A DNA stretch of 64,000 bases, taken from Octopus vulgaris. Taxonomy: Eukaryota. Below, piece after piece: positions 1 to 13,221 of the stretch (position 1 is its first letter; every line of letters starts with the position of its first letter). The notes below the pieces were generated by a model. That model saw only the letters and a program-made list of their open reading frames with translations. It did no database searches and was not told the origin of the DNA. Made by a program: the position numbers and the translations under genes. The stretch covers positions 35,340,001-35,404,000 of the forward strand of contig OX597827.1 of assembly GCA_951406725.2 (NCBI GenBank), written 5' to 3'.

Positions 1-227
1 TGATAGAGCGTTGGACAAACGCCTATGCCAAATTTGCCCTTATATCATTGCAAAGTCGTTAAATAAAAGTGGCAACGAGGTACAGGGATTTGATTTAACT
101 AACTGACAGCTCACTTTTGCCGAATGTATAGCCATGAGCCTACATTAGAAACAATATATAGCAACAATCGCTATGAAAGCTATTTTATTATCGTCAAGAT
201 ATCGTATAAAATATTTCTCCTTTCAGC

Positions 228-374
<147 letters not shown>

Positions 375-699
375 CTGATGATGATGATAGTAGTGATGAT
401 TTCTTTTATTTGCCACCAGGGCGAAAGATGAGGGGGGCAATACAAAGAGAGACATAAAGTGTGCGATGGGGGTTACATATAATGAAATTGTAAAATATAT
501 ATATATAAGTATACACAGTATACTATAAAACAAAGAAGGGAAGTATACATAGTATACAAATGATAATAACAGCAATAAGATGTTTGATTGTTGTGGAACA
601 GTGTGTACAGATGGAAAGAAATAGCGTATTAAAATATTTACAGAACAACACAGAGAAATTACTAAAGGCAGTGAATAAAGAACAGGTGATCAAGTGAGG

Positions 700-1500
700 A
701 ATAGAAGAAAAGGACAAGAATTAAATTCAAAGAGAGCATGTTAAAAAGGCTGAAGAGAAACCGTTGCATGGTCAGTTTTGGAAAGCCACTGAGGATGTAT
801 GTGGAAGAAAAATCTGGGCTTGGTTGTAATTGAAAAAAGGAACTGAAAGCCTTATTATAGCAGCTGAAGATCAAGCGTTAAAGACAAACAACTCGAGAAA
901 ATATGTGTCTGGGAAGAAGTGTCAGCAAAATGTAGAATATATGGAATTAGTTTTTCAGCAATGGCAGATATTGTTGCAGAATACTCCAAGTTGGCTCCTG
1001 GAGAATATAAGAAGTGGAGGCATAACCAAGTTGTGAAAGTTTTTACACTGGAAGCTTTGTCAGAATTGGGAGTTTCGGAAACACTTGATATAATCATCAG
1101 GTTGCAAAAGTGCTTGTCTATGAAAAAAGGAAGATTCTATCTTCTTATTCAAACGGATAAGAAGATAGAAAATAGCAAACCAGATCTAACAATAATAGAC
1201 AACGAAAAGCGAAATTGCTTACTGATTGACCCATCATATCCTTTTGATTCCAGGATTGTGAAGAAAGAAGTCTAAAAATTAAAACAATATAATCCCATAA
1301 AATTTGAAATTGCGTGAATTTGGAATATGAAATCTGTAAAGATTGTATCTGTAATAATTGGTGCATTAGGAACTGTGAGTAGTGATACAAACAAATGGTT
1401 GAGGGAGTTGGAATGTTCTCTGCAATTTGCAGAGAACATGCCAATAAGTTGGTATATTCTCCGCAAATTAGTCGTGGCTTTATGTACAGACTCATCTACA
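700..1500 (+). mobile_element. R4/Dong-like non-LTR retrotransposon 3' fragment (post-RT, Zn knuckle, REL endonuclease), decayed
   Basis: Frame-broken peptides EKPLHGQFW, LKKGTESLIIAAEDQALKT, KCRIYG...EYKKWRHNQV, KPDLTIIDNEKRNCLLID and VIIGALGTV (ORFs 830-1036, 919-1275, 1327-1530) match the CCHC + RHN + PD...D REL module of site-specific LINEs. Confidence 0.85.
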
Positions 1501-2230
1501 ATTTTCACTTCCGTAAAGTCTGTGTGGTAATCATTAGACATGGCTCCTTTCAACTATTTCTGAAATATATATTTATATATATAGTTATGGTATATTCCGT
1601 TAAGAACGTAGTAGAGTAAAGTATAAAGCTCCTTTACCTTCAGATTTCAACCTGTGCTATCAAGTCACTATATATATATACATATTTGGGGAAAGTAAGA
1701 AGAAAACAAACGAAAATACACATTGGATATAAAAAATAAAGGCCTTTTTTTATGAAAAGTAACGATAAATATATACAATTAGATGAACTGAGGTAGAATT
1801 AAGAGGAATAAAAGTCATTATTATGAATTGTTAAAGGGATTCAAAGTCATACCGGTTTCGTCAATTACTGTTCACTGGCTTTGAATGTGCACCGATTACC
1901 AAACAGTGTTGGATCTACAAGTCCCTGAGTAATTCTACCTGATTTCATCTAATTGTATATATTTATCGTTACTTTTCATAAAAACGCCTTTATTTTTTTG
2001 ATATCCAATGTGCATTTTCGCTTTTTTTCTTACTTTCCGCATATCTTTTCCACGTGTAGTTTCTGTTTTCTTTTTGAAAAAACACACACACACGCACATA
2101 TATATATATATTTAAAAGTTTTTGTGAAAATTACTTGATTCAGTTTTTCTAAGTATAACAAAGATTTTTCTTTAAAATTACTTTTTTTTAAAAGTTATAT
2201 ATTCTTTATCAGAACGCCACTAACCTTTTT

Positions 2231-2337
2231 GTATGTATGTATGTATGTATGTATGTATGTATGTATGTATGTATGTATGTATGTATGTATGTATGTATGT
2301 ATGTATGCATGTATGTATGTATGTATGTATGTATGTA

Positions 2338-2368
<31 letters not shown>

Positions 2369-2400
2369 ATGTATGTATGTATGTATGTATATATGTATGT
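2231..2400 (+). repeat. (TATG)n microsatellite, representative of dozens of TATG/CATA, TA and TG arrays in the window
   Basis: Direct reading; source of the MYVC/HTYI pseudo-ORFs. Confidence 0.95.
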
Positions 2401-2800
2401 ATGGACGTATGTACGAATGTATGCATGTATGCTATCTTTATTCTTATGTACGAATGTATGTATATATGCTACAAATGTATGTATGCTATCTTTAAAATAG
2501 CACGTTTTATATTGGTTTGATATAATTGGGTCATATAATTCCTATAGTGTATATGTGTGATTATACGTATGCCATACATGTCGGAAGAATGCTGGCAAGA
2601 CATGCAACATGTATGAAGCTCAAACATGGAAAACAAGAAGTAGAGCTGTAAGATGAAATACAATTATGCTATAAGAACGTGCATTTAAAGAGCAACGAAA
2701 AATTGCTACCTAAATACTGCCGATAAATTTTAATATAAGCACACACATACACAGACAGAGACAGACAGACAGACAGACAGACACTCATATTTATATATAC

Positions 2801-3031
2801 AAGGCGGCGAGCTGGCAGAATCGTTAGCACGCCGGGCGAAATGCGTGGCCGTATTTCGCCTGCAATACGTTCTGAATTCAAATTCTGCCGTGCTCAACTT
2901 TGCCTTTCATCCTTTCGGGGTCGATTAATAAAGTACGAGTTACGCACTAGGGTCGATGTAATCAACTTAATCCCTTTGTCTGTCTTTGTTTGTCTCCTCT
3001 ATGTTTAGCCCCTTGTGGACAATAAAGAAAT
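2801..3031 (+). mobile_element. tRNA-derived SINE, family A
   Basis: Head ggcggcgagctggcagaatcgttagc with B-box-like gaattcaaattc, core actttgcctttcatcctttcggggtcgat and tail gtttagccccttgtgg; more than 10 similar copies in the window. Confidence 0.9.
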
Positions 3032-3899
3032 ACATATTTATACATACATACATACATACATACATACATACATACATACATACATACATACATAATTCAT
3101 ACATACACTAAGATGCATTTTTAATACAGTTGGTATTTGTTACTAATCACAATATCTTCATAAATATCTTAATTATGTTTATGTGTCGCCAAAAACTGAG
3201 CCCATCTCATTCACATTATTGCTACCCTTTTGATGCAAACCGAATGGAAAATTGTTTTCTTCATGTATGTATGACATGCAGCTGTATAATTAAATATTGT
3301 TATATACAAAATAAAAGTGAAGCGGAGCAAGCTGACATGTAGATATATAATAGCAATGTAATGTTAGTACTACATATGTTATAGCAAAAGGCAAACATTT
3401 TACAAAAATAGATATTTTTAATGAAATTTTTCACAAATATGCTTCAGATAGTGTAGATTTCAATTATATCTGAATTTGCGGTGAAATAGACAAAAAAAAA
3501 AAAAAAAATGGCATCGGTGAAGTGTGGACAGATGATTCAGAAAATTCACACAAGTCGGATTGTTTCCTCATAACTTTCGGAAAATGGGTATTTTTAAATA
3601 CCCAAAAGCCGATTACTTAGATTCGACGGAAATTGGAATCCTGTTTTGATAAGGTCTTTTTCATTGACTCATACTACCTCTATAGAGGTCTTTCTCATTG
3701 ACTCATACTACGCACACACTTACACACATACACATACACAAAGTTGAGAACAGTGGAGAAAAGTCGTCAAAGGCATTTACTCCGTAGGAAGTGAATAGCT
3801 TAACAAAAAGACACTGGAGCAACGTGAAGTGAAGTGCTATATTCAAAGACACAACGTCCCGTTCAGTCTAGGAATCGAACCCACGCATCACTCGAAATA

Positions 3900-4291
3900 C
3901 AGTGGGGGGAAATAAATATTCGTACATGGGAACATTCTTTATTTAATTAATTTCTAATGAACATAAATGGGATATAACCAATACTATATTTGCATACACA
4001 TGCATAAACTAAGAATATGCCAATTTCTAGCAAAAAAAAAAAAAAAATGATTTTAACAGTATTTTCTGGCATAGAAAATCCTAAAATTATTCTGCACGAA
4101 TACTTTTTTCACTCCTAAATATTTATAATTGTATATAAATTCCTTAGTTACTATAATTATTAGTTTCTTTTGCATATTCTTAGTTTATGCATGTGTATGC
4201 AAATATAGTATTGGTATATCCCATTTATATTCATTAGAAATTAAATAAATACAGAATTTTGACATGTACGAATATTTATTTTCCCCCACTG
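3900..4291. mobile_element. Tc1/mariner-type MITE
   Basis: TA|cagtggggggaaataaatattcgtacatg ... catgtacgaatatttattttcccccactg|TA; about 120-bp imperfect TIRs, TA target duplication, no ORF. Confidence 0.9.
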
Positions 4292-4799
4292 TATTGAGTC
4301 CGCGCTGGAACTCATAAGCGACAATTAAAATATTATTTGTATTATTGTATCTCTGAAGACTGCGTCGTTGGACTCGCCTGCGTCACATTTCTGACAAAAA
4401 ATTACATTGATTACCCTCTGGGTCCTTCTTTAACTGATAGGAAACCTCTTAGGAATAAATATATATTTTTTATGCCGAAACAAAAAGACTGTAAGTGAGA
4501 GCTATTAACACCTCAGATGCTCTACTTTTGTATGTAAATATAACAAATATTAATGATAAACCAATAAGGTTATCTGTACTCTAAGCTTACCACCAAATAG
4601 TCATAGGATAATGCTATGAGTGAATGTTCCCGTTAGTTCAAATCGTATTCAATTAAAGCAGCATTTAAAAACGTTCGGGTACAGAGACCTCTTAAGCATA
4701 GAAATCGATAAAAACAATATCAATTTTTAATTAGCTAATTTTGTAAACACCATTAAAGTAGTGAATAAATAGATTATATATATATATATATATATATAG

Positions 4800-4840
<41 letters not shown>

Positions 4841-6468
4841 ACGTACGTATGTATGTATGTATTTATATATATGTGTGTATGTGTGTGTATATATATATAT
4901 TTATATGTATATATTTATCTATATATATATACATATATGTATATAGATATTTATTTATATATGTATGTATGTATGTGTGTGTGTGTGTGCGTACGCGTGT
5001 ATGCGATTATTAAATTATGAGAGGAATATAAGGAAAACAATTCTTTAAATATTTATATTACAAATGCAGACATGTCTGGGTATTTAAGAAGGTCGCTCTA
5101 TAACCACGTGTTTCTGAGTTCCATTCCACTGCACTGCACTTAGGGTTAGTGTCTTCTATGATAGGCCTTGTAGCTTTTAGTTTGTCGTTGAAAGTGAAAT
5201 TTGATAAAGGGGACACTGCAACATTTATGCCCTGGATTATCTTCCCTTCCCTCAATGACTATTTTGCATTTTGTATCGAACAGATGAAATATGTACCAAG
5301 GTATAATGAAATATGTACCAAAGTATAATCGAGTAAATTCCTTTAAAGGTGTAACCACGGTATAGTTCTACTGCAACGACTGAAAGCAATAACAGGTAAG
5401 AGGAATTAAACGAAATGACACAAAGCAGCAATATTAAACAGAAAGAAGAGTAAAGACCGTGATTGGGTTTTTCGTTGATTAGGTTAAAAACATGATTGGG
5501 TTTTTCGAAGGTATTCTAAAGACAGTAACTTAACCATTTCTGCTGTGCTCGGGCTCTTTCCATAAGTAAGCGCCTAGCCTCAAGGACTCCGAACACCTAT
5601 GTGCTCATACATTCGCAACATCTATGGAGTCTCAGAAGATGCCAGATATTGGGTAAAATATAATTGTACATATCTACCATAGAGTCCCCACCTCCGAAGA
5701 TTCTGTAGGGGTTTACTCTCCTAACATTTTTAAACGCGCAAAAAACTTAGAAGGCAGCAAGCATTGAGTTTGGTTTGTACAGAACCAGTCCGACTCTTTC
5801 ATCCTTCAAACTTGCATTGGTCTTCTGCAACAAGTGCAGTAAGCCCAGTAATTATGAGGATGAGGGATTTGTATGGGGTTACCTTCGCTTAGATGAGAAG
5901 CTAAAGAGCTGAAGTGTCTCATCTGCGCTGGGTTCTTTAGAGATTTTGTGAGAGACCTTCTTCCAGAGGCAATTTCTTGACATGCAAATAGACCAATAGC
6001 TGGGGTCCTAAGAGGTTCTACTCCAATACATGGTAGAGCCGGAAACAATAGTGACTAATTCCATACTCCTCAAACCCTCTCAAACCAGGGCCCCACTGCA
6101 GGATGCAGCTAAAAGTCATACCCAGGACAAAAGGAGTTAAGAATATAGATCAGCTAAATAAAATAGAGCGACCTTAATAAACAGGACATTAAATTACTAG
6201 AAATTTAATACAAACTTCAATCAATACATTACGTTTCTTTTTAATCATTCAAACATGAAAAGTCAATGGAGCGTTACAAGCCGTTGAAGTAATACATTTA
6301 TAAATTTTTAATTGTCAGTAAATATTGTATAATTATGTCGATATGTTACGTTAATTACATTTTCGAATTTGAGTGAAAGCTATTGGAGCTTATATATGTA
6401 TGTCTATGTATGTGTGTGTTTATATATATTTATAAATATATACACATACATACGCACACACACAGACA

Positions 6469-6499
<31 letters not shown>

Positions 6500-6546
6500 G
6501 TATAGATACATATATACATGTATACATATATACATATAAACATATA

Positions 6547-6582
<36 letters not shown>

Positions 6583-7646
6583 AATATGTATATATATATA
6601 TATGTATAAATATATATATATATCTATAAATATATATATATATATATATATGTATATATGCATGATGTATGTATGTATGTATGTGTATTTGAATGTGTCT
6701 GTTTTACTTCAGCAGATTTGTTTTTCCTCCTCCATTTCTTTTTCTTCTCCCCCTTTTCCTCTCTCTTCTCAATATTCCTTTCTTTTATTTTCTGAATATT
6801 CCATAGGCCCGTGGCTTCTAATATAAAACTGTGGAAAAAATACACCAAAGGAATTGTTTATAGCTGGTCGATAAACACATGTGCACACACGTACACAAAT
6901 ACACAAATAGGTACACACATACATATAGTGAAGGACAACAAGTAATATACAATAAACAAAAAAACAAATGGGATAAGTTCACTGTCAAACAAATCGGTTT
7001 GATGATCGAAACAAAAGAAAGAATTGCTACAACGTTTCGGACGTTGGCTATTCTTCAGGTAGTGGGATAAAAGAAGAAACTAGGAAAGGGTGAATGGAGA
7101 GAGAGAAGAAATGAGTAACAATTTCAGCGACAGAAGGCATGTGGTGTTCGTGCTTGGATACTGTCTGACTGGAAAAAATATTAGGCTAAATGTGGCATTT
7201 TTTGGTAGGAGAATGAATAGGGGTTTTATTATGTGTTGCGTGCAGATGTGATTGCACGTGTGTATATTTGTGTTGGTCTACTGTATGTACATGTGTATGT
7301 GTGTGTGTGTGTGTGTGTTGAATTTTTGGAAGCTTGGTTAGAGGGAGAAAAAAGAAAAAAGAAAGACAAGAAGAAAGAAGGACAGGAAGACTAGAAGGCA
7401 AATGGAAAGAAAGAAAGAAAGAAAGAAAGAAAGACAGAAAGAAAGGGGTCTTTTTCTGAGTTTGTTGAAATTATACTATGTTCTTATGGACGGTTGTCAT
7501 GCTTCTCAGCCGTAAAAAGGGGTCCTTTTCTGAGAAGTTTGAAGTTGATTACATTTGAAGTTGTCAATTTTGTTTTAGCCATTGTTTTGTCAGTTGTCCA
7601 GTTGTAGAAAATAGATTCTATCAAAGTTGTTTTGGAATGTTATTAA

Positions 7647-7732
<86 letters not shown>

Positions 7733-7749
7733 GTGTGCGTGCGTGTTTG

Positions 7750-8900
7750 TTAGCGGTCGACACTGAGAACAATCTTTCTATTCAGTTTTATGTGTTTCAT
7801 GTCGTAGATTAATAATTCTCTGACACTCTTCTGCTACTGTTTACCGAATCAAACTTTGGTCATGTTCTAATTTTGTTAATATCGAGAACTCAATCTGCAT
7901 CTTTGCTTGCAGTAGGCCCTTGAGCGAAAATTAAAGACTTTGAATATCTCCAGGATTAACTCATTCAATTTGAATTTCTTACACGCTCTGTTAACAACTC
8001 TGGCATAGGTGACGAAATCTTCATCAGCGTTTTTGACCAAATTTAAACATTGCCAGCGAGTATTGAACACGGAACTTCTTTCACTGAAAAATTTCGATAA
8101 AAAGGTGTTTCATCGAAACAAATCTCACCTGGCTTCTTCGGCAGAATATAATTACTGGATGGAAGCACTCCGTCGGTTACGACGACGAGGGTTCCGGTTG
8201 ATCCGATCAACGGAACAGCCTGCTCGTGAAATTAACGTGTAAGTGGCTGAGCACTCCACAGACACGTGTACCCTTAACGTAGTTCTCGGGGATATTCAGC
8301 GTGACACAGAGAGTGACAACGCCTGCCCTTTGAAATACAGGTACAACAGAAACAGGAAGTAAGAGTGAGAGAAAGTTGTGGTGAAAGAGTACAGCAGGGA
8401 TCACCACCATCCCTGCCGGAGCCTCGTGGAGCTTTAGGTGTTTTCGCTCAATAAACACTCACAACGCCCGGTCTGGAAATCGAAACCGCGATCCTACGAC
8501 CGCGAGTCCGCTGCCCTAACCACTGGGCCATTGCGCCTCCACATATAATTACTATATTTTTCCTGTTCGGCAGGGATAACTTTTTTAAGAGTAGTCATAC
8601 TTTTTTCTCGTCGGACCAACTTTTACACTCTTCTTTGAAAATTTCTTCGTATCTACGAAAATATACAGAGAAGGTAATCCCTTCTGGATTATAGCTGAAT
8701 TCTTCAACTGAGTTTGCTACGCTGTCTGACTAGTACGAACCTGAAGTATTTTCAGACTCCTTCAACATTAATTCCAGCAACTGTTGGTTTTGTTTTTGTT
8801 GTTGTTGTAGTTAGTTGCTACTGCTGCTGCAATTGCTGTTGTAACTGTGTTACTGTTGCAACTGCACCACGGAGGCCAATAATTCTTCCATGTTAAAATG
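7750..8900 (-). mobile_element. Gypsy-like LTR retrotransposon gag remnant, interrupted by a SINE
   Basis: Minus-strand peptides SVEEFSYNPEGITFSVYFRRYEEIFKEECKSWSDEKK, FNTRWQCLNLVKNADEDFVTYARVVNRACKKFKLNEL and ILTKLEHDQSL..VAEECQRIINLRH resemble invertebrate Gypsy gag. Confidence 0.75.
8157..8542 (-). mobile_element. tRNA-derived SINE, family B, full-length with TSD
   Basis: Minus-strand head ggaggcgcaatggcccagtggttagggcagcgg (A box) and ggtttcgatttcc (B box); 11-bp direct repeat atataattact at 8146-8156 and 8543-8553. Confidence 0.9.
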
Positions 8901-8930
8901 ATTTTGGTGGGGGGTGTTTCTTACCAAAAA

Positions 8931-9230
8931 TGTAAAAAAAACCCATTTTAAACGTCCAACGCAAGCTTCGAACAACTCGTCGCCACTTTTACATCCTTGC
9001 GTTGAATATATGATATAACGAAGCAGGGGACAAGAAAGTATATACACGACGCACTAGTATTACTATTACGCAAGACTCAACGCTCTATATCGAAGGCCCG
9101 CAGTGAACTGCTACCAAAGCGAACTTCTGATGCCCTGACAGTTGTCTATTTAATAGAAATGTCTCACTCTACTTTTAGTCACATGAGGATGGTCGGAATC
9201 CTTCCACAACAAGTATAAAGGTTACTAACA
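8931..9230 (-). mobile_element. Putative 5' LTR of the Gypsy remnant
   Basis: On the minus strand begins TGTTAGTAACC and ends TTTTACA, followed by TTTTTGG (PBS-like TGG) and then gag. Confidence 0.55.
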
Positions 9231-9231
9231 C

Positions 9232-9660
9232 CAAAGCTGGTAAGGATAGTTCCTTCTGGGACAGTGGGTAGGATGCATTTGAGAAAATCCATTATGCTAT
9301 GAATGAACATAAGGGTTTAAGGAACATATCTAAAAGATGACTTAGTCGATGTGTTGGGCATTGTTGGGTATTGGTCTCAATTTGAGATCAGTGGGTTTTA
9401 GTATTTTTATGCATTGGTTATTCTGCTCACTTATGGCTCTCTGTATTTCCGAGCTTTTGTGGTTTTTGGGTAATCCGTGGAAAGTGCCCTCTTTTATTTG
9501 AGAGTCACATTATCTTTCTATTTCTTTATCTGTGAAGGAGTCCAGGTATTTGGTAATTAATGTTCTAATTTTATTCATCATTGTTTTTTTTTTCTTATTT
9601 ATTGTTTCTTCCTTAGAGTAATTTTGGTCTGTTAGATGTTTCGATATTTTGTTTTAATTT
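9232..9660 (-). mobile_element. Penelope-like element RT N-terminal fragment
   Basis: Minus-strand FHGLPKNHKSSEIQRAISEQNNQCIKILKPTDLKLRPI, HRLSHLLDMFLKPL and DFLKCILPTVPEGTILTSF follow the PLE FYGLPKIHK...LRPI...SFD pattern. Confidence 0.8.
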
Positions 9661-9959
9661 ACAAGAAGAAACAAGAGTTATTACGCAGAAGCAAAGTCCA
9701 ATGAAACCACAACTCTGGAACAAACTCCTGAATCAACGCAAACATGCATATTGGAAAAGCATTCGATGTGATAACATAGCCAGCACCGACAAAAATTGGC
9801 GAAAAAAAAGAAAACCCGATCCTCCCCCGAAAATTCGTCTAAAGGTTGAGAAGCTAGAAGAGACAACAATTTGTGAAAACTCCAGAAGAAAGAAAAACAA
9901 TAATGGATTAAATAAACAAATAAGTTACATAAATATTGCAAAAATTCCAGCGCTCGCTT

Positions 9960-10075
9960 CATTGACCAAATGGAGGTGGAACTCGTAGGACAAGAACTGG
10001 TATCAGTGTGGGATCAAAGATCTGACTGAGAGGTGGCTTCAGACTAACACGATGGCCTCTAAGTTGAATTCTAGG
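9960..10075 (+). mobile_element. mariner transposase C-terminal remnant
   Basis: WYQCGIKDLTERWLQT...DG resembles the mariner C-terminal GI..L..RW..C...G motif. Confidence 0.45.
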
Positions 10076-10119
10076 CTGCTTTTATTGTAACTTGGCAAAT
10101 AAAACAAATGAATTACTCA

Positions 10120-10345
10120 AATATTGGTTTCAAGTTTTGGCACAAAGCCAACAATTTCGGGGGAGTTAATAAGTCGATTACGTCGATCCCATTACTCTGC
10201 TGGTATTCATTTTATCAGCCTCGAAAGGGATGAGAGGCAAAGTCAACCTAGACGGAATTTGAACTCAGAACGTAAGGATGGACGAAATGCCGCTTAGCAT
10301 TTTGCCTGGTGTGCTAACGATTCTGCCAGCTCCCCCCCGCCTTAA
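10120..10345 (-). mobile_element. SINE family A, diverged
   Basis: Reverse complement of the family A head and core (ctaacgattctgccagctc; ggaatttgaactcagaacg). Confidence 0.85.
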
Positions 10346-10614
10346 GTTATCCAAATATTGCAAAAGTTTTGACTCAATACACACACACACATACACACAC
10401 ACACACATACATACATACATACATACATACATACAAACACACACACACATACATACATACATACATACATACATACATACATACATACATACATACATAC
10501 ATACATACGTACGTACGTTCGTGTGTGTGTGTGTGTGTAGAGGGAGAGAGAGACAGACAAACAGAAAGAAAGAAAAACAGAGAGGGAAGAGGAAAAGAAA
10601 GAGAGAAAGAGTGA

Positions 10615-10657
<43 letters not shown>

Positions 10658-10832
10658 CGATGTACATATAGACACATGTTTGTTTATGTATATACAGATG
10701 TAAATGGATATTTTGTATTTGAGGGTATGTACAAATGAACACATATCTGTCAATAAATTATTTGTAAATAAACGTATGCGTGTGTTTGTGTGTACAAATA
10801 TGGCGGTGTAACGTAGGGGTATATATGATATA

Positions 10833-10965
<133 letters not shown>

Positions 10966-11709
10966 ATTACTCACGTACATATACAAATATTTATACATTT
11001 ATGTATGTGTGTGCATACGTGTGTGCATTAGTGTGCGAAAGTGTGAGCGATCGCGTGTGTTTATTAGTGTGTGAGTGTGTGTGTGTGTGTGTGCTCGTGC
11101 ACGCATTTGTGTGAGTGTGTGAGAGTGAGTGTGTGTTAGTGTATGTGTGTGTATTAGTGTGTGTGTACATGTGTGATTGTATGTATTCGTCTGTATGTGC
11201 TTGTGCGTTTGTGTGTATGTGAGTGTTGAAAGTTAGTGTGTAATGCGAGTGTATACGTTCAAGGCTCTGTGACCTGTACATATGCAGCAATAAAAGCTGT
11301 ATTTCAAGGATGAGCGAAGAAAAAACAATAATGAAATACTCCACCTCCCACCCCAGCTCCACCGCTGCGTTTTCGCCCCGCCCCCGTCCAATGAGACTAC
11401 TGCGATGTTGGCTGCAAGCCAGCCCAGGGAATTGAATCATCTCACTTAATTAACAGCCCCAGTTAAAAGTAATGCAATATCTCGGTGATAAACTAACCTA
11501 CCCATATGCTATGTTATGTATGTATGTATGTATGTATGTATGTATGTATGTATGTATGTATGTATGTATGTGCCAATGCATGTATGAATGCATGCATGAA
11601 TATATGATATATATATACGTACGTCTCTCCCCTCTCTTTCTTTCACTGTCTTTGTCTCTCTCTCTCGTTCTCTCTCTCTCACTCTCTCTCTCGGCACACA
11701 CACACATAG

Positions 11710-11840
11710 TCACGGTCGTGGCTGTGTGGTAAGAAGCTTGCTTCCCAACCACATGACTCCGCGTTCAGTCCTACTATAATCTTCAGGCCGACGAAAGCTT
11801 TGTGAATGAATTTGGCTGATGGAAACTGAAAGAAGCCCGT

Positions 11841-11845
<5 letters not shown>
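11710..11845 (+). mobile_element. SINE family C, 5' portion
   Basis: gtggctgtgtggtaagaagcttgcttcccaaccacatg...ggaaactgaaagaagcccgtc matches the copy at 15985. Confidence 0.8.
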
Positions 11846-11914
<69 letters not shown>

Positions 11915-11977
11915 TGTGTGTGTGTCTGTGTGTCCGTGTGCGTGTGTATGCATATATATATATATATATATATATAT

Positions 11978-12238
11978 TGACCCGATCAACGGAAGAGCTT
12001 GCTCCTGAAATTAACGTGCAAGTGGCTGAGCACTCTACAAACATGCGTGCTCTTAACGTAGTTCTGACGCTGAATGTGACAAGGCCGACCTAGGTACTAC
12101 TAAATTTTCCCACCTGACTGAACTGGAGCAAAGTGAAGTAAAGTGTCTTGCTCAAGGACACATCGCGTCGCCAGGAATTGAACTCACGACCTTATGAACG
12201 TGAGCCGAATACCCTAACCACTAAGCCACGCGCCTTCA
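11978..12238 (-). mobile_element. tRNA-derived SINE with CORE/V-like body and family-B tail
   Basis: Minus-strand head tgaaggcgcgtggcttagtggttaggg..gagttcaattcc and body gtgtccttgagcaagacactt; the tail gatcaacggaa..gaaattaacgtg is shared with 8200-8290. Confidence 0.8.
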
Positions 12239-12249
12239 TGTATACACAC

Positions 12250-12317
<68 letters not shown>

Positions 12318-12710
12318 ATGTATATGTATGTATGTATGTATGTATGCATACGTGTTTTTCATTTTATGAGAGAGATAGGGAAAGAGAGAGAGAGAAAATG
12401 TGTGTGTGCTTGCATGTATGTGCGCGTGAGTGTGTGTGCGCGCGCATGTGTACGTGTGTTTGTTCATGTTTGTCTCTCACCGTTTGAGAACCGGTGAAAA
12501 TTTTATTTGATCAGCCAGAAAAGAAACCGACTAAGTACTTCACTTAAAAACATGTCCTGGGGTTGAAACTATCTCCAATAATGGAGATAAGTTACTACAA
12601 CAACTAAATAATAAAATACAATATTTGCGTGTGTGTATGTGTGTGCATTTGTTTGTGCGCTTATTGACAACCCAATAATTTATTTATGTTATATAACGTA
12701 ACATAAAATA

Positions 12711-13221
12711 TCTATATATATAAAACTGTAGTTGTGTGAGTGTCTGTCCCCTTCGATTCCTAACTCCTCCCACATTTTGCGGTGCAGTTTAACCAAATTC
12801 GGGTATCTTATAGTCGTGATTAATATCTAGCCCGTCTGGCTATTAGCGCGCGTCTACGATGAGTCTACGATTTTAAAAATAATTTAACATCATTTTTTAT
12901 TCCATTTTAATGCATAATTTTTCGTGTGTCGATGGCGGCGGAGTTGGCGTCCACGCTCAAACACCTGCACCTGAGTTTGCTTCTCCCCCTTCTTCCCTCC
13001 CTCGTGAAGCTGTGAGGAAGGGAGTGTAAAGAAATCAACGTCGTAATGCGTTGTCAAGGAGACCGGCGTTCTTTTAGAACAACGACTTCATGGCTTGAAG
13101 ACACCAAAACAGAAATGGCTAAGAAAGCCCGAATTGGCATCTATAAAGGAAGTAACTCTCTAAAAATGCTTATATAGTTATTTTCCTTACAAACCCGAGC
13201 AACGCCGGGCGATACTGCTAG
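12711..13221 (+). mobile_element. Complete non-autonomous Helitron (511 bp)
   Basis: Host A|TCTATATATATAAAACTG 5' end; subterminal hairpin cccgagc-aac-gccggg (13194-13209); CTAG|T 3' end; no TSD. These are the canonical Helitron termini. Confidence 0.92.

Noticed and set aside
2-106. Open frame DRALDKRLCQICPYIIAKSLNKSGNE with a possible gtacag donor
   Set aside because: Cut by the window edge, weak donor and no recognisable domain.
5800-6135. Possible LINE 5' UTR or ribozyme on the minus strand
   Set aside because: Only a vague resemblance; no HDV-like pseudoknot or ORF motif could be verified.
8470-8542. tRNA gene
   Set aside because: tRNA-like A/B boxes continue into a SINE body and tail bounded by a TSD; this is a SINE head. 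The same applies near 12170-12238 and 19500-19548.
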